From Alphaproteobacteria bacterium (GTDB lineage Bacteria > Pseudomonadota > Alphaproteobacteria > Rs-D84), in assembly GCA_017630405.1 (NCBI GenBank), contig JAGBVH010000015.1, forward strand, positions 81,026 through 145,025: a stretch of 64,000 bases of DNA. Direction: 5' to 3'. The position numbers and the translations under genes were made by a program. Shown here one piece after another: positions 55,857 to 64,000 of this stretch. The notes below the pieces were generated by a model, which was not told the DNA's origin, did not search any database, and worked only from the letters and a program-made list of their open reading frames with translations. Numbering within the stretch: the first letter of the stretch is position 1; each line of letters begins with the position of its first letter.

Positions 55857-57905
55857 ATGCTAGAAAATCTTAACAATGAACAAAGATTGGCGGTCGAAAC
55901 GACAACTGGGCCATTATTGGTGTTGTCTGGTGCTGGAACGGGCAAGACACGCGTTTTAACTACGCGTATTGCGTATATTTTGAATTGTAATCTGGCGCTG
56001 CCGTGGCAAGTTCTGGCTCTTACCTTTACGAACAAGGCTGCAAATGAAATGAAAAATCGCCTTGCCTCATTGTCAGACGGTGCCTGGTATTCTGGCGATG
56101 TATGGTGTGGAACATTTCACTCAATTTGTTTGCGCATATTGCGTGCGAACGCGGCGCGGGCGGGATTGCGGTCTGATTTTCTTATCTTTGGCGAAGAAGA
56201 CCAAAAATCAGTAATTAAATCCTTGATATCTCAATCAACAAAAACAGCCGGCGATTATGTCGAAGAATTTTCCGCGATTAAGGACAAGGGGCTAAGCGCG
56301 CTAAAAAACAAAGATAAATTATTCTGTGCGTATAATGCAGAACTTGCGCGCCTTAATGCGGTTGATTTTGGCGATATTATTCTAAAGGTGTTGGATTTAT
56401 TTGATAAAAATCCAGATATTTTATCGCGCTATCAGAATCAGTTTAAATATATTCTTGTTGACGAGTTTCAAGATACCAATAACGCCCAGATGGAATTTTT
56501 ATGTATGCTGACACGTGGTATTGATGCACCAAATATTTGCTGTGTTGGTGATGATGACCAGTCTATATATTCATGGCGTGGTGCGGAAATAAAGCATATT
56601 TTAAATTTTGATAAAACATTTAACGATGCCCAGATAATTCGACTTGAAACAAATTATCGCAGCACATCAAATATTTTGAATGCAGCAAATTCTTTGATAC
56701 GGCATAATCAGGGTCGTCTTGGCAAAGACTTGCGTGCATCAGACACAGCGGGTGCGGGCGAACCAGTTTATGTTTTAACCTTGCCAACTGACAGGGACGA
56801 GGCGCGTATTATCGCCGATGCTATATTGCGAGAAGGTACAAACGATTTTAACAAATTTGCTTTGCTGATACGCGCGGGCAGTCTGTCGCGTATATTCGAA
56901 GAAGAATTTGCTATGCGTGGCATACCCTACAGACTGATTGGTGCGACCAAGTTCTATGATCGCATGGAAATTCGTGATGCGATTGCGTATTTGCGTCTTT
57001 TGGTGTATCCGTTTGACGATATGTCTTTTATGCGTGTTATTGCTAAGCCCAGACGCGGTTTCGGTGACAAGGCAATTGAAAAACTTCGTGAATCGGGCGG
57101 CACATTAATGTCTGGATTGCGTGGTGCGAATTTGTCTGGTCGTCAGCGCGCTGCTGCGGATGATTTTTTATCAGCATTTGATTTTGATTGGGCGTCCATG
57201 GCACCGCGTGATGCCGCACAGCAACTGTTGGAACGCGCAGGCTATATAAAAATGTGGTCCGAATCCAAGGACCCAGATGCATCCGATCGTTTAGCTAATA
57301 TCAAAGAATTGATAACATCTGTAATTTCAAAATATGATACATTGCCGGAATTTTTGGAACAAGCGGCATTGATGACTGCTGATGATAATGATTCAGAAAA
57401 TCTGGCGAATACAAATTGTGTCAGTATTATGACAATTCACGCGGCCAAGGGGCTGGAATTTGATACTGTGTTTTTACCCGCATGGGAAGAGAGCATTTTC
57501 CCAAATGATAAAGCAATCAGCGAGGGCGCAATCGAAGAAGAACGCAGGCTTGCCTATGTTGCGATAACTCGTGCGCGCGCTCGTTGTATTATATCAAATG
57601 CGATGATGCGTGTTGTCTTTGGTTCGCGTAATTATAATTCGCCCAGTCGTTTTATTACCGAAATGGATAATCGCTATTTGGATTTTCAAGGTGGTGCCCC
57701 ACGCACATATGCACCAAAATACACAACCTATGAAAAGCCAAAGTCTGTTATAAAAAAGTCTGCATCATTTGTAGGCAAGTTGGTCACACATGATGAGCTT
57801 GGTGCGGGTGTTGTGATTGAAGATGGTGGCGATATTTTGACCATCGCATTCAAAACGCGCGGTATTAAAAAAGTCGCGCGTCAGTTTGTAAAACTTTTAG
57901 GATAA
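55857..57905 (+). CDS. uvrD: UvrD/PcrA/Rep-family ATP-dependent DNA helicase
   Basis: LVLSGAGTGKTRVL, YILVDEFQDTN, TNYRS and TIHAAKGLEFD. ATG at 55857; the track start at 55662 overlaps dnaQ. Confidence 0.9.
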   Translation: MLENLNNEQRLAVETTTGPLLVLSGAGTGKTRVLTTRIAYILNCNLALPWQVLALTFTNKAANEMKNRLASLSDGAWYSGDVWCGTFHSICLRILRANAARAGLRSDFLIFGEEDQKSVIKSLISQSTKTAGDYVEEFSAIKDKGLSALKNKDKLFCAYNAELARLNAVDFGDIILKVLDLFDKNPDILSRYQNQFKYILVDEFQDTNNAQMEFLCMLTRGIDAPNICCVGDDDQSIYSWRGAEIKHILNFDKTFNDAQIIRLETNYRSTSNILNAANSLIRHNQGRLGKDLRASDTAGAGEPVYVLTLPTDRDEARIIADAILREGTNDFNKFALLIRAGSLSRIFEEEFAMRGIPYRLIGATKFYDRMEIRDAIAYLRLLVYPFDDMSFMRVIAKPRRGFGDKAIEKLRESGGTLMSGLRGANLSGRQRAAADDFLSAFDFDWASMAPRDAAQQLLERAGYIKMWSESKDPDASDRLANIKELITSVISKYDTLPEFLEQAALMTADDNDSENLANTNCVSIMTIHAAKGLEFDTVFLPAWEESIFPNDKAISEGAIEEERRLAYVAITRARARCIISNAMMRVVFGSRNYNSPSRFITEMDNRYLDFQGGAPRTYAPKYTTYEKPKSVIKKSASFVGKLVTHDELGAGVVIEDGGDILTIAFKTRGIKKVARQFVKLLG

Positions 57906-57928
57906 AAAAACCGCCAACTGGCGGTTTT
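57904..57928. terminator. bidirectional intrinsic terminator (uvrD / skp-like)
   Basis: Hairpin ACCGCC-AACT-GGCGGT flanked by A7 and T4. Confidence 0.65.
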
Positions 57929-57947
57929 AAAATTTACAGTTTCTAAA

Positions 57948-58619
57948 TTAGAAACCCTGTGGAGTATCCATTTTTTTCTTGGAAATCTTTTTATCCAACG
58001 CTTTTACAATTTCGTTTGTGATATCCAAGTTTTCCGCATCTGCACCTGTGCGTGCGAAACGGCCATCGACAACCAAGGACAATTTTTTCTTGGCGATTGT
58101 GCCTTCGATGATTGGATCCAAATGATCTTTTTGGATTTCGTTCAGCGCTTTCTGGTATGACATTTCGATGCTTTGTGCGCGTTCTGTCAGTTCGCGTTGT
58201 AATTTTGTCACTTTATTTTGATAATCAACAACGCGGCGTTGCAAAGCTTCGCGTGACAAAACATCCTGAGATTTTTCGATTTCTGCTTTTTCTTTTTCCA
58301 GTTCATTCTGCTTTTTGGTCAATTCATCACGCAACTTTGATTCGTATTTTTCTTTCTGTTCGCGCAGGTCTTTCAATGCAGCAGCTTCTGTCTGAATTGC
58401 GTCCATACGAACAACTGCGATACGCAGGTTTGCGCCGTTTGCAGCATCAGCAGAAACTTCTTCTAATGCTTCGCCAACAGTTGCGCCACCATTTGAGTTA
58501 AGTGCGCTGACCGCCCATCCACCCAATACCGCCACGATAATAACCAGGGCAGCAATAATGCCTGTTTTTTTATAGTTTTTTACAGTTGGATTAGTTGTAT
58601 TTTTTGCCATATTTTCCAT
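57948..58619 (-). CDS. OmpH/Skp-like periplasmic chaperone
   Basis: N-terminal anchor/signal, a long charged coiled-coil (KEKYESKLRDELTKKQNELEKEKAEIEK...), and C-terminal ...VDGRF..... Resembles the OmpH family. Confidence 0.65.
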   Translation of the reverse strand: MENMAKNTTNPTVKNYKKTGIIAALVIIVAVLGGWAVSALNSNGGATVGEALEEVSADAANGANLRIAVVRMDAIQTEAAALKDLREQKEKYESKLRDELTKKQNELEKEKAEIEKSQDVLSREALQRRVVDYQNKVTKLQRELTERAQSIEMSYQKALNEIQKDHLDPIIEGTIAKKKLSLVVDGRFARTGADAENLDITNEIVKALDKKISKKKMDTPQGF

Positions 58620-58676
58620 CCTTTATTTTGTTATGGCCAAACTATAGCAATAAAAAATTAAAATGAAAAGGGAAAG

Positions 58677-59360
58677 TTATCTTGCCGGTGCGATACGTAA
58701 TTCTACGCGTCTGTTGGTCAGGCGGCCAATGTCATCCTGGCCTGCGATTGGTCGCGCCGCCCCGCGTCCAACAATAAACATGCGTGCGGTGTTAATATCG
58801 TGTTGTGTCATGTGTACTGCAACCCTTTGTGCCATATCCATAGAAAGCGCGTACGCGGCCTTGGTATCGCGCATCGCGTCTGTATATCCTGCGATTTCTA
58901 TAAAAGTTGCGTTATGTTTTTTTAGTATTTTTTCAATAGTTTTAAGTGTGTCGTTGCCTGTTGCTGATATGTCTGCAACATTTAATTCCATAATCGCATC
59001 GCGCACCAGTATAACCACGACATCTGTGCCGGCGCGCTGAACAGAAATTCCAGGTTTGCGCAGCGCGTCATATAATTCATATTCCAATACAGACATATAA
59101 TGTGTTGCGATTGTGTTATCGTTCTGTATTTTGTCGCCGTATTCCATATTGCTTGGTGTCTGGACTGTGTTTGTGACTAACTTGCCACCAGCACCCAAAT
59201 ATACAGGTCGTTTTGCAACGCGTGACATTTCAGTCATGTCTGTAAAACTTGCACCGTTAAGATATGTTTGCCAAGTTGCCCTGTCTGGACTGGAATATGT
59301 CGCACATCCTGTCAGTCCACATAATAAAATCAGAAAAAAATATTTTTTTATTTTCTTCAT
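58677..59360 (-). CDS. OmpA/MotB-domain lipoprotein
   Basis: Lipobox LLCGLTGC. C-terminal IEIAGYTDAMRDTKAAYALSMDMAQRVAVHM...NRRVELRI. Confidence 0.75.
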   Translation of the reverse strand: MKKIKKYFFLILLCGLTGCATYSSPDRATWQTYLNGASFTDMTEMSRVAKRPVYLGAGGKLVTNTVQTPSNMEYGDKIQNDNTIATHYMSVLEYELYDALRKPGISVQRAGTDVVVILVRDAIMELNVADISATGNDTLKTIEKILKKHNATFIEIAGYTDAMRDTKAAYALSMDMAQRVAVHMTQHDINTARMFIVGRGAARPIAGQDDIGRLTNRRVELRIAPAR

Positions 59361-59818
59361 TATTTAACGATAAATGATATTTGATTTGTTCCGGATGAAA
59401 AGCAACGGTCAGAACCATCGAATTCATATCCGTTTACAATAATTGCAGAGGCCCAATTATTTGATGTTGTTGTAAAATAGTCGCATTCACCACTGCTTAA
59501 ATCTGTCAGATTGATGGAAAAATAAGTTCCATCAAATGTTGGTTCCACAGACCAATTATTGCCACCGATAGGTGCCTTGTCTGACTGTAATGCCCCCGCC
59601 TTGATAAGATAGTTTACAGACACACCCTCGTATGAACCCCGCGCTTCCATCAAGATTTTTGTATCTTGTGCGATTTGTTTTAATTCAGTTGATGCGATTG
59701 TTCGAATTTGATTTTGACGCATCATATTATATACGCCCAAGGCAGATACAGTCATAACGCCGGCAATTGCCATAACTCCAATAATTTCAACCAATGATCT
59801 TCCGGATTCTTCTCTCAT
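59360..59818 (-). CDS. type IV pilin-like protein (152 aa)
   Basis: MREESG|RSLVEIIGVMAIAGVMTVSALGVY. A short charged leader ends in Gly, with Glu at +5 and then about 20 hydrophobic residues. There is a C-terminal Cys pair (GECDY...SDRCF). Confidence 0.6.
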   Translation of the reverse strand: MREESGRSLVEIIGVMAIAGVMTVSALGVYNMMRQNQIRTIASTELKQIAQDTKILMEARGSYEGVSVNYLIKAGALQSDKAPIGGNNWSVEPTFDGTYFSINLTDLSSGECDYFTTTSNNWASAIIVNGYEFDGSDRCFSSGTNQISFIVK

Positions 59819-61377
59819 TATTTCACCCCAACTATTTCTGCGTTTTCAAAAAGACTCATCGCGCTGGCGACCAATGGATCTGCTTCCAGCTCTGCTTGCT
59901 GTTGTTCTGATACTGTTTGTGTGTTAACTGTTTCCATAACGCGTTCCAATGTCCACGCATGCCCGGTTTTATCCATTAACCATACAGATAATTTGTGTGC
60001 AAAGTCCGCATCACCCTTGCGGTCAAAGTATTTAATTTTGCTGTCTTGGAAATCCGCTACTTCAATGTTGCTGCTGTAATAAGAATACAACAATATTTCT
60101 TTGCTGTTTTGTAATTCGCATGCCAAATCACCGGCCGAAGAAATAGTGCATGTTATTTTTGCTTGTGGGGCATCTGGTGTTTTGGCCATACGGTCGGCAA
60201 AGATATTCTTTACTTCGCGCACACGTTTTTCAGATTCTTGTTGTTTAATTATTTCTGGGATTGGTGGCATGTCAGCAATATGCATACAGCGCACAATCAG
60301 CATATCAAAACATTGTTTATGATTACCAGTTGCCTGCATTTCAGGAACGGCAGCAACTAAAACCTGCCATATGCGTGACAAAGTATTCAAAGATACGCGT
60401 GCGTTTATGTTTTGTATCTGTTCGCGCTGATCGGCTGTATATGGTGAATTGACAGTGTTCCCTGCGTGTAATGATGGGTGCATGCGTGTTGCCCAATGAA
60501 CCCATTCCATCATATCGGTCAGCAGCATAGTCAAATCTGCGCCATTGTTGTAAATCTCGTCAACCTTGTCCAATGCTGCTGCGGTATCGCCAGACAGAAT
60601 TGTTTTCATAAAGTCAACAACCACCCCGCGGTCGGCGCGTTTTAACATATCAAGAACCGCTGCTTCGTCAACATGGCCGCCAGTTTGTGCGATTGCCTGG
60701 TCTAACAACGATAATCCGTCACGAACAGAACCGTCGGCCGCGCGTGCCAGTAATTCGTTTGCGCCATCCGATAATTCTATCTTTTCTTGTTCTGCAATCC
60801 ATGAAAAATGTTTTTTAAGTGTATCAACTGGGACACGAACCAAATCGAAACGCTGACAGCGGGACAGAATAGTTACAGGAACTTTTCTGATTTCTGTTGT
60901 TGCCAAAATAAATATGACATGTGCAGGTGGTTCTTCCAGTGTTTTTAGCAACGCATTAAATGCCGAAGTGGACAGCATATGAACTTCGTCGATAATATAA
61001 ACTTTATAGCGTCCATTTGTTGGTCTGTATTGTGCCGCATCCAGTATGTCACGCATATTATCAACGCCAGTATGTGAAGCGGCGTCAATTTCCATAACAT
61101 CAATATGTTGACCAGCTGCGATTGCACGACAATTTTCGCACTCGCCACATGGTGCTGCGGTTGCTTTATCAGAAGACAGACAGTTCAAAGCCTTGGCCAG
61201 AATACGGGCGGTACTGGTTTTTCCGGTTCCGCGAATACCTGTAAAAATGTATGCGTGTGCGATGCGTGAAGTATTAATCGCGGTGGTCAAAGTTTTGACC
61301 AGAACATCTTGTCCGATAAGTGATTTGAAATCTTGACTGCGATATTTGCGCGCTAAAACTGTATAATTCGTGTCCAT
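59818..61377 (-). CDS. dnaX: DNA polymerase III subunit gamma/tau
   Basis: YIFTGIRGTGKTSTARILAK, Zn module CGECENC, and IIDEVHMLS. Start taken at MDTNYTVLARKYR. Confidence 0.92.
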   Translation of the reverse strand: MDTNYTVLARKYRSQDFKSLIGQDVLVKTLTTAINTSRIAHAYIFTGIRGTGKTSTARILAKALNCLSSDKATAAPCGECENCRAIAAGQHIDVMEIDAASHTGVDNMRDILDAAQYRPTNGRYKVYIIDEVHMLSTSAFNALLKTLEEPPAHVIFILATTEIRKVPVTILSRCQRFDLVRVPVDTLKKHFSWIAEQEKIELSDGANELLARAADGSVRDGLSLLDQAIAQTGGHVDEAAVLDMLKRADRGVVVDFMKTILSGDTAAALDKVDEIYNNGADLTMLLTDMMEWVHWATRMHPSLHAGNTVNSPYTADQREQIQNINARVSLNTLSRIWQVLVAAVPEMQATGNHKQCFDMLIVRCMHIADMPPIPEIIKQQESEKRVREVKNIFADRMAKTPDAPQAKITCTISSAGDLACELQNSKEILLYSYYSSNIEVADFQDSKIKYFDRKGDADFAHKLSVWLMDKTGHAWTLERVMETVNTQTVSEQQQAELEADPLVASAMSLFENAEIVGVK

Positions 61378-61460
61378 ACTAAAACTTCCTTTTGAAACAG
61401 AATAGCAGAACGCCCACAAATTTCAACAATTAAAAGCGCACAAAATCAACGAATAATAAA

Positions 61461-61781
61461 TTAATTCAGGTTTGTTATAAAGTCTGGAAAAGCAACTTCA
61501 TCTTCGTCAGAATTTTCTGTGTTTTCAGTGCTTGCTTTTTCTGCTTCGGCCTGGGCTTCGGCAACGGCTGCTTTTTCCTTTGGATCGCGAATAGAATCTA
61601 TCTTGACCTGTTCTGTATTAACCATACGGCCATAGTGTTCTGCGGTCTGCAACAGGCGTTCGCGTTCAATTTCATCAGATGTCTGACGCGCCTGATCGAT
61701 ATACTGTTTCCTTTTTTGACGCCACTTATGGCAACGCTGAATCATCTGGCCTACAGAGGATTGATTTTTTTTATTTTGCAT
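61461..61781 (-). CDS. DUF4167-like small basic/acidic protein
   Basis: LLQTAEHYGRM resembles the conserved ..QHAEHY.R core of DUF4167. Basic N-terminus, acidic C-terminus. Confidence 0.45.
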   Translation of the reverse strand: MQNKKNQSSVGQMIQRCHKWRQKRKQYIDQARQTSDEIERERLLQTAEHYGRMVNTEQVKIDSIRDPKEKAAVAEAQAEAEKASTENTENSDEDEVAFPDFITNLN

Positions 61782-61928
61782 ATATTTTTCTTTCTTACAG
61801 GAAATTACATTTAATAGCAGTCAACTACTGCTATCGCTTCTCAACATTTCAAATGTTAATTCATCTTAAAACTGATTGCAATATTTTTTTTCAATTGCTA
61901 ATCTTGTCATATGTAGGAGGGGGCGAAC

Positions 61929-63284
61929 TTGCACCATCAACGCGGTAATTTTCTTGTTCAGGCATTATTGGCATTGACCTTGGTCTTTGCTTTTATACCT
62001 TTTTTTGCGCGCCAATTATCTGACCGAAATCAGGATTCGCGCATGTTTGCCGCAACAAATCAAATAGAAGTTGCTCAAACAGCGGCGCGTATATTTTTGC
62101 GTGAGAATATGAATCTTATATCATATGACACGACGGTGGTTGTTGGTGATGACTTTGCTGATTTGCTGGAACCGTATGGTTTGCCTCTGGGGTTTGTACC
62201 GCGTACCGCGTTGGGACAGGATATCGCGTTCATTATTCATAAAACGCCAAATAATATCAGTGCGTATCTTGAATTAACGGGCGGTGATTTATCCGAATTA
62301 GACAGGGCCGAATTGGCACGCAGAATTGGTTTTTATGCTGATGTAGTAAATGAAGCGATACATGTTGGCATTGATATCCAAGAAATTTATTCTGATATTG
62401 TTCGCAGAAACGAACCTGACTTGAATAATGGTGCGTTTTTAACAGATCTTGATATGGGTGGATTTGCATTTGATAATGCGGGCAATGTTTTTGGAGTGCG
62501 TGGCGAATTTGAAACGGCGCAAATTGGCACATTGTCTGTGACGGGTATAGAAAAGGACAGAAAAATTCGTAACAAGATTGAAAATATGTATGCCGGCAAA
62601 ACTGTTTTTCAAAGCAAATCCGGCGAAGCTGCCTTGTCGTTGACACGCGGTTCATTAGTTGCAGATAGTGTAAGTTTGAAAACAGTATCGCAATACGGCG
62701 AAACGGGTAATTTGGTCACAGATAATTTGGCTGTGTATGATATGTCTATGGCGGCGGGGCGTACTGGTTTTACGGGTCCATCCAAATGGGATGTTCGTGG
62801 GAATCTGGTGTCTGACCATATAAACTTTTCGGTCGAGCGTTTGGATGTGTCTGCTTCAATCAACGCAACGCGTGGTCAAAGCGTTTATGTTAATACGGAT
62901 GAACTAGAATACAGCAGCCGCAGTGGAATTGATGTTAAAAATTTGTATGTATCCAATATAACCTTACGCGATCAAACATCCAAGGCGCTTAACGAGGGAC
63001 AAAGTGGTGCGGTGATTTTGGATGTTCGTCCTGCGGGAACTTCGTTGTTGCCCGATGTTTTGGTTTCGGATATTAATAATGACAATATCGCCATATTGGC
63101 AAATCCAGCATCTGATGATTCTAAAACAGTTAATTGTAAAACTGTTATAACCAGTTTGGACGGAAAATATAACAAGAATTCATTGTCGCAACATTTGTTG
63201 TGTCAGTATTTGTTCTGGCACAGACTTGAGCAGCGTATAAATATAAAAGAGTGTTTAATGTCGGGCAGGGGAAACTGTGAATAG
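61929..63284 (+). CDS. large pilin-like protein (451 aa) with repetitive beta-rich body
   Basis: TTG start 9 nt after AGGAGGG. MHHQRG|NFLVQALLALTLVFAFIPFF, with Gln at +5. Paralogous to the next ORF. Confidence 0.45.
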   Translation: MHHQRGNFLVQALLALTLVFAFIPFFARQLSDRNQDSRMFAATNQIEVAQTAARIFLRENMNLISYDTTVVVGDDFADLLEPYGLPLGFVPRTALGQDIAFIIHKTPNNISAYLELTGGDLSELDRAELARRIGFYADVVNEAIHVGIDIQEIYSDIVRRNEPDLNNGAFLTDLDMGGFAFDNAGNVFGVRGEFETAQIGTLSVTGIEKDRKIRNKIENMYAGKTVFQSKSGEAALSLTRGSLVADSVSLKTVSQYGETGNLVTDNLAVYDMSMAAGRTGFTGPSKWDVRGNLVSDHINFSVERLDVSASINATRGQSVYVNTDELEYSSRSGIDVKNLYVSNITLRDQTSKALNEGQSGAVILDVRPAGTSLLPDVLVSDINNDNIAILANPASDDSKTVNCKTVITSLDGKYNKNSLSQHLLCQYLFWHRLEQRINIKECLMSGRGNCE

Positions 63285-64000
63285 AAGTTGTAGAATTTTT
63301 TCGAATAACAATCGTGGTGCTTCTGTTCTAGAAGTGCTGTTGTCTATGGCGATTATCGCGGTTGTTGCGCCGTTTATATATACGCAAATTGCGCGCACAA
63401 ATCACACGATATATGATGTCGCGGTTGCGCGTAAAATCACAGAAATTCGTGACAATGTTTTAAACTATGTGCGTTCAAATCATAGCCAGTGGCCAGACAA
63501 TGCCCAAATCAGACTGGACGGTCAAGATTTATCGGGTATGTCGGAAGCGGCGATTGCGGGATTTATCGATAAATATGAAAATCGTGGCGCGACAGTAACA
63601 GATGTATATTTAGCATTTGATTTAGGGGTTGGGGAACTGCGAACAAATCAAATTGCATCACATATAGGCGCGGATGCGGCGGTTGTTGGTGCGGATGGTA
63701 TTGCGTATGGTAATACTTGGGCGGTAATGGCGCCTGACTTTTCAGCAGGTAATTTGATATACAGAATATCTCGAGATGTTGTTGGCGAAGACACCTCTAA
63801 ATATCTACATCGTGGTACAACTGGCGAAGATAATCTTAATGTTATGGAACGCGATTTTAACATGGCGGGTTATAATGTATTTGATGTTGCGGCGATATCA
63901 GCGCAGTCGGCGGAAATATCTAATGTTGCGGCTACTTTTGTGTCGTCCCAAGATGTGTCGGCGGAAAGCGTTTATTTTTCATCAGGTGCTAATATCGAGG
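63277..64000 (+). CDS. pilin-like protein, paralog of 61929..63284 (3' end beyond window)
   Basis: Own translation from GTG at 63277 gives VNRSCRIFSNNNRG|ASVLEVLLSMAIIAVVAPFIY..., open to the window end. It shares EL....IA..IG..A.VV and D(F/L)(N/D)M(A/G)G(Y/F) blocks with the previous protein. The start overlaps the previous gene by 8 nt. Confidence 0.45.
   Translation, partial: MNRSCRIFSNNNRGASVLEVLLSMAIIAVVAPFIYTQIARTNHTIYDVAVARKITEIRDNVLNYVRSNHSQWPDNAQIRLDGQDLSGMSEAAIAGFIDKYENRGATVTDVYLAFDLGVGELRTNQIASHIGADAAVVGADGIAYGNTWAVMAPDFSAGNLIYRISRDVVGEDTSKYLHRGTTGEDNLNVMERDFNMAGYNVFDVAAISAQSAEISNVAATFVSSQDVSAESVYFSSGANIE

Overview
AT-rich bacterial chromosome segment. It is probably alphaproteobacterial, inferred from RpoH, a DUF4167-like protein, rsmG-parA-parB and overall gene content; this was not checked against any database. 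Most of the window is housekeeping: pnp, rpoH, parAB, rsmG, mreB, rnpA-yidD, accBC, metG, fabDG, mnmG, ileS, nth, rpsO-truB, mutS, gyrA, rpmH, murC, fabZ-lpxD, dnaQ, uvrD and dnaX. Many operons that are normally conserved are broken up and reshuffled. There are three intact tRNAs (Val-TAC, Val-GAC, Thr-CGT) and one split tRNA-Thr. The one clear accessory region is a roughly 6.5 kb integrase-bearing element at 30107-36627. It interrupts a tRNA-Thr(CGU) gene exactly in the anticodon loop (7-bp direct repeat TTCGTAA) and does not rebuild the gene at the junction. The element carries its own complete, inverted tRNA-Thr(CGU). It also carries an int / xis-like / RepA-like module, a Panacea (DUF4065)-type gene translationally abutted to a small 2-TM protein (candidate toxin-antitoxin or abortive-infection pair), and three uncharacterised cargo genes. 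Other points worth a second look:
- a 10-codon leader ORF with four consecutive Ile codons plus a terminator directly in front of ileS;
- an orphan VirD4/TraG coupling protein;
- two AT-shifted parS-like palindromes beside parAB;
- two families of small Cys-rich proteins placed after metG and ileS;
- a set of pilin-like proteins with atypical cleavage-site residues. One is translationally coupled to dnaX and an OmpA-like lipoprotein, and two are large paralogs at the window end.
No CRISPR array, rRNA or IS element was seen. All calls come from reading the translations and the sequence by eye. No searches or folding programs were run.
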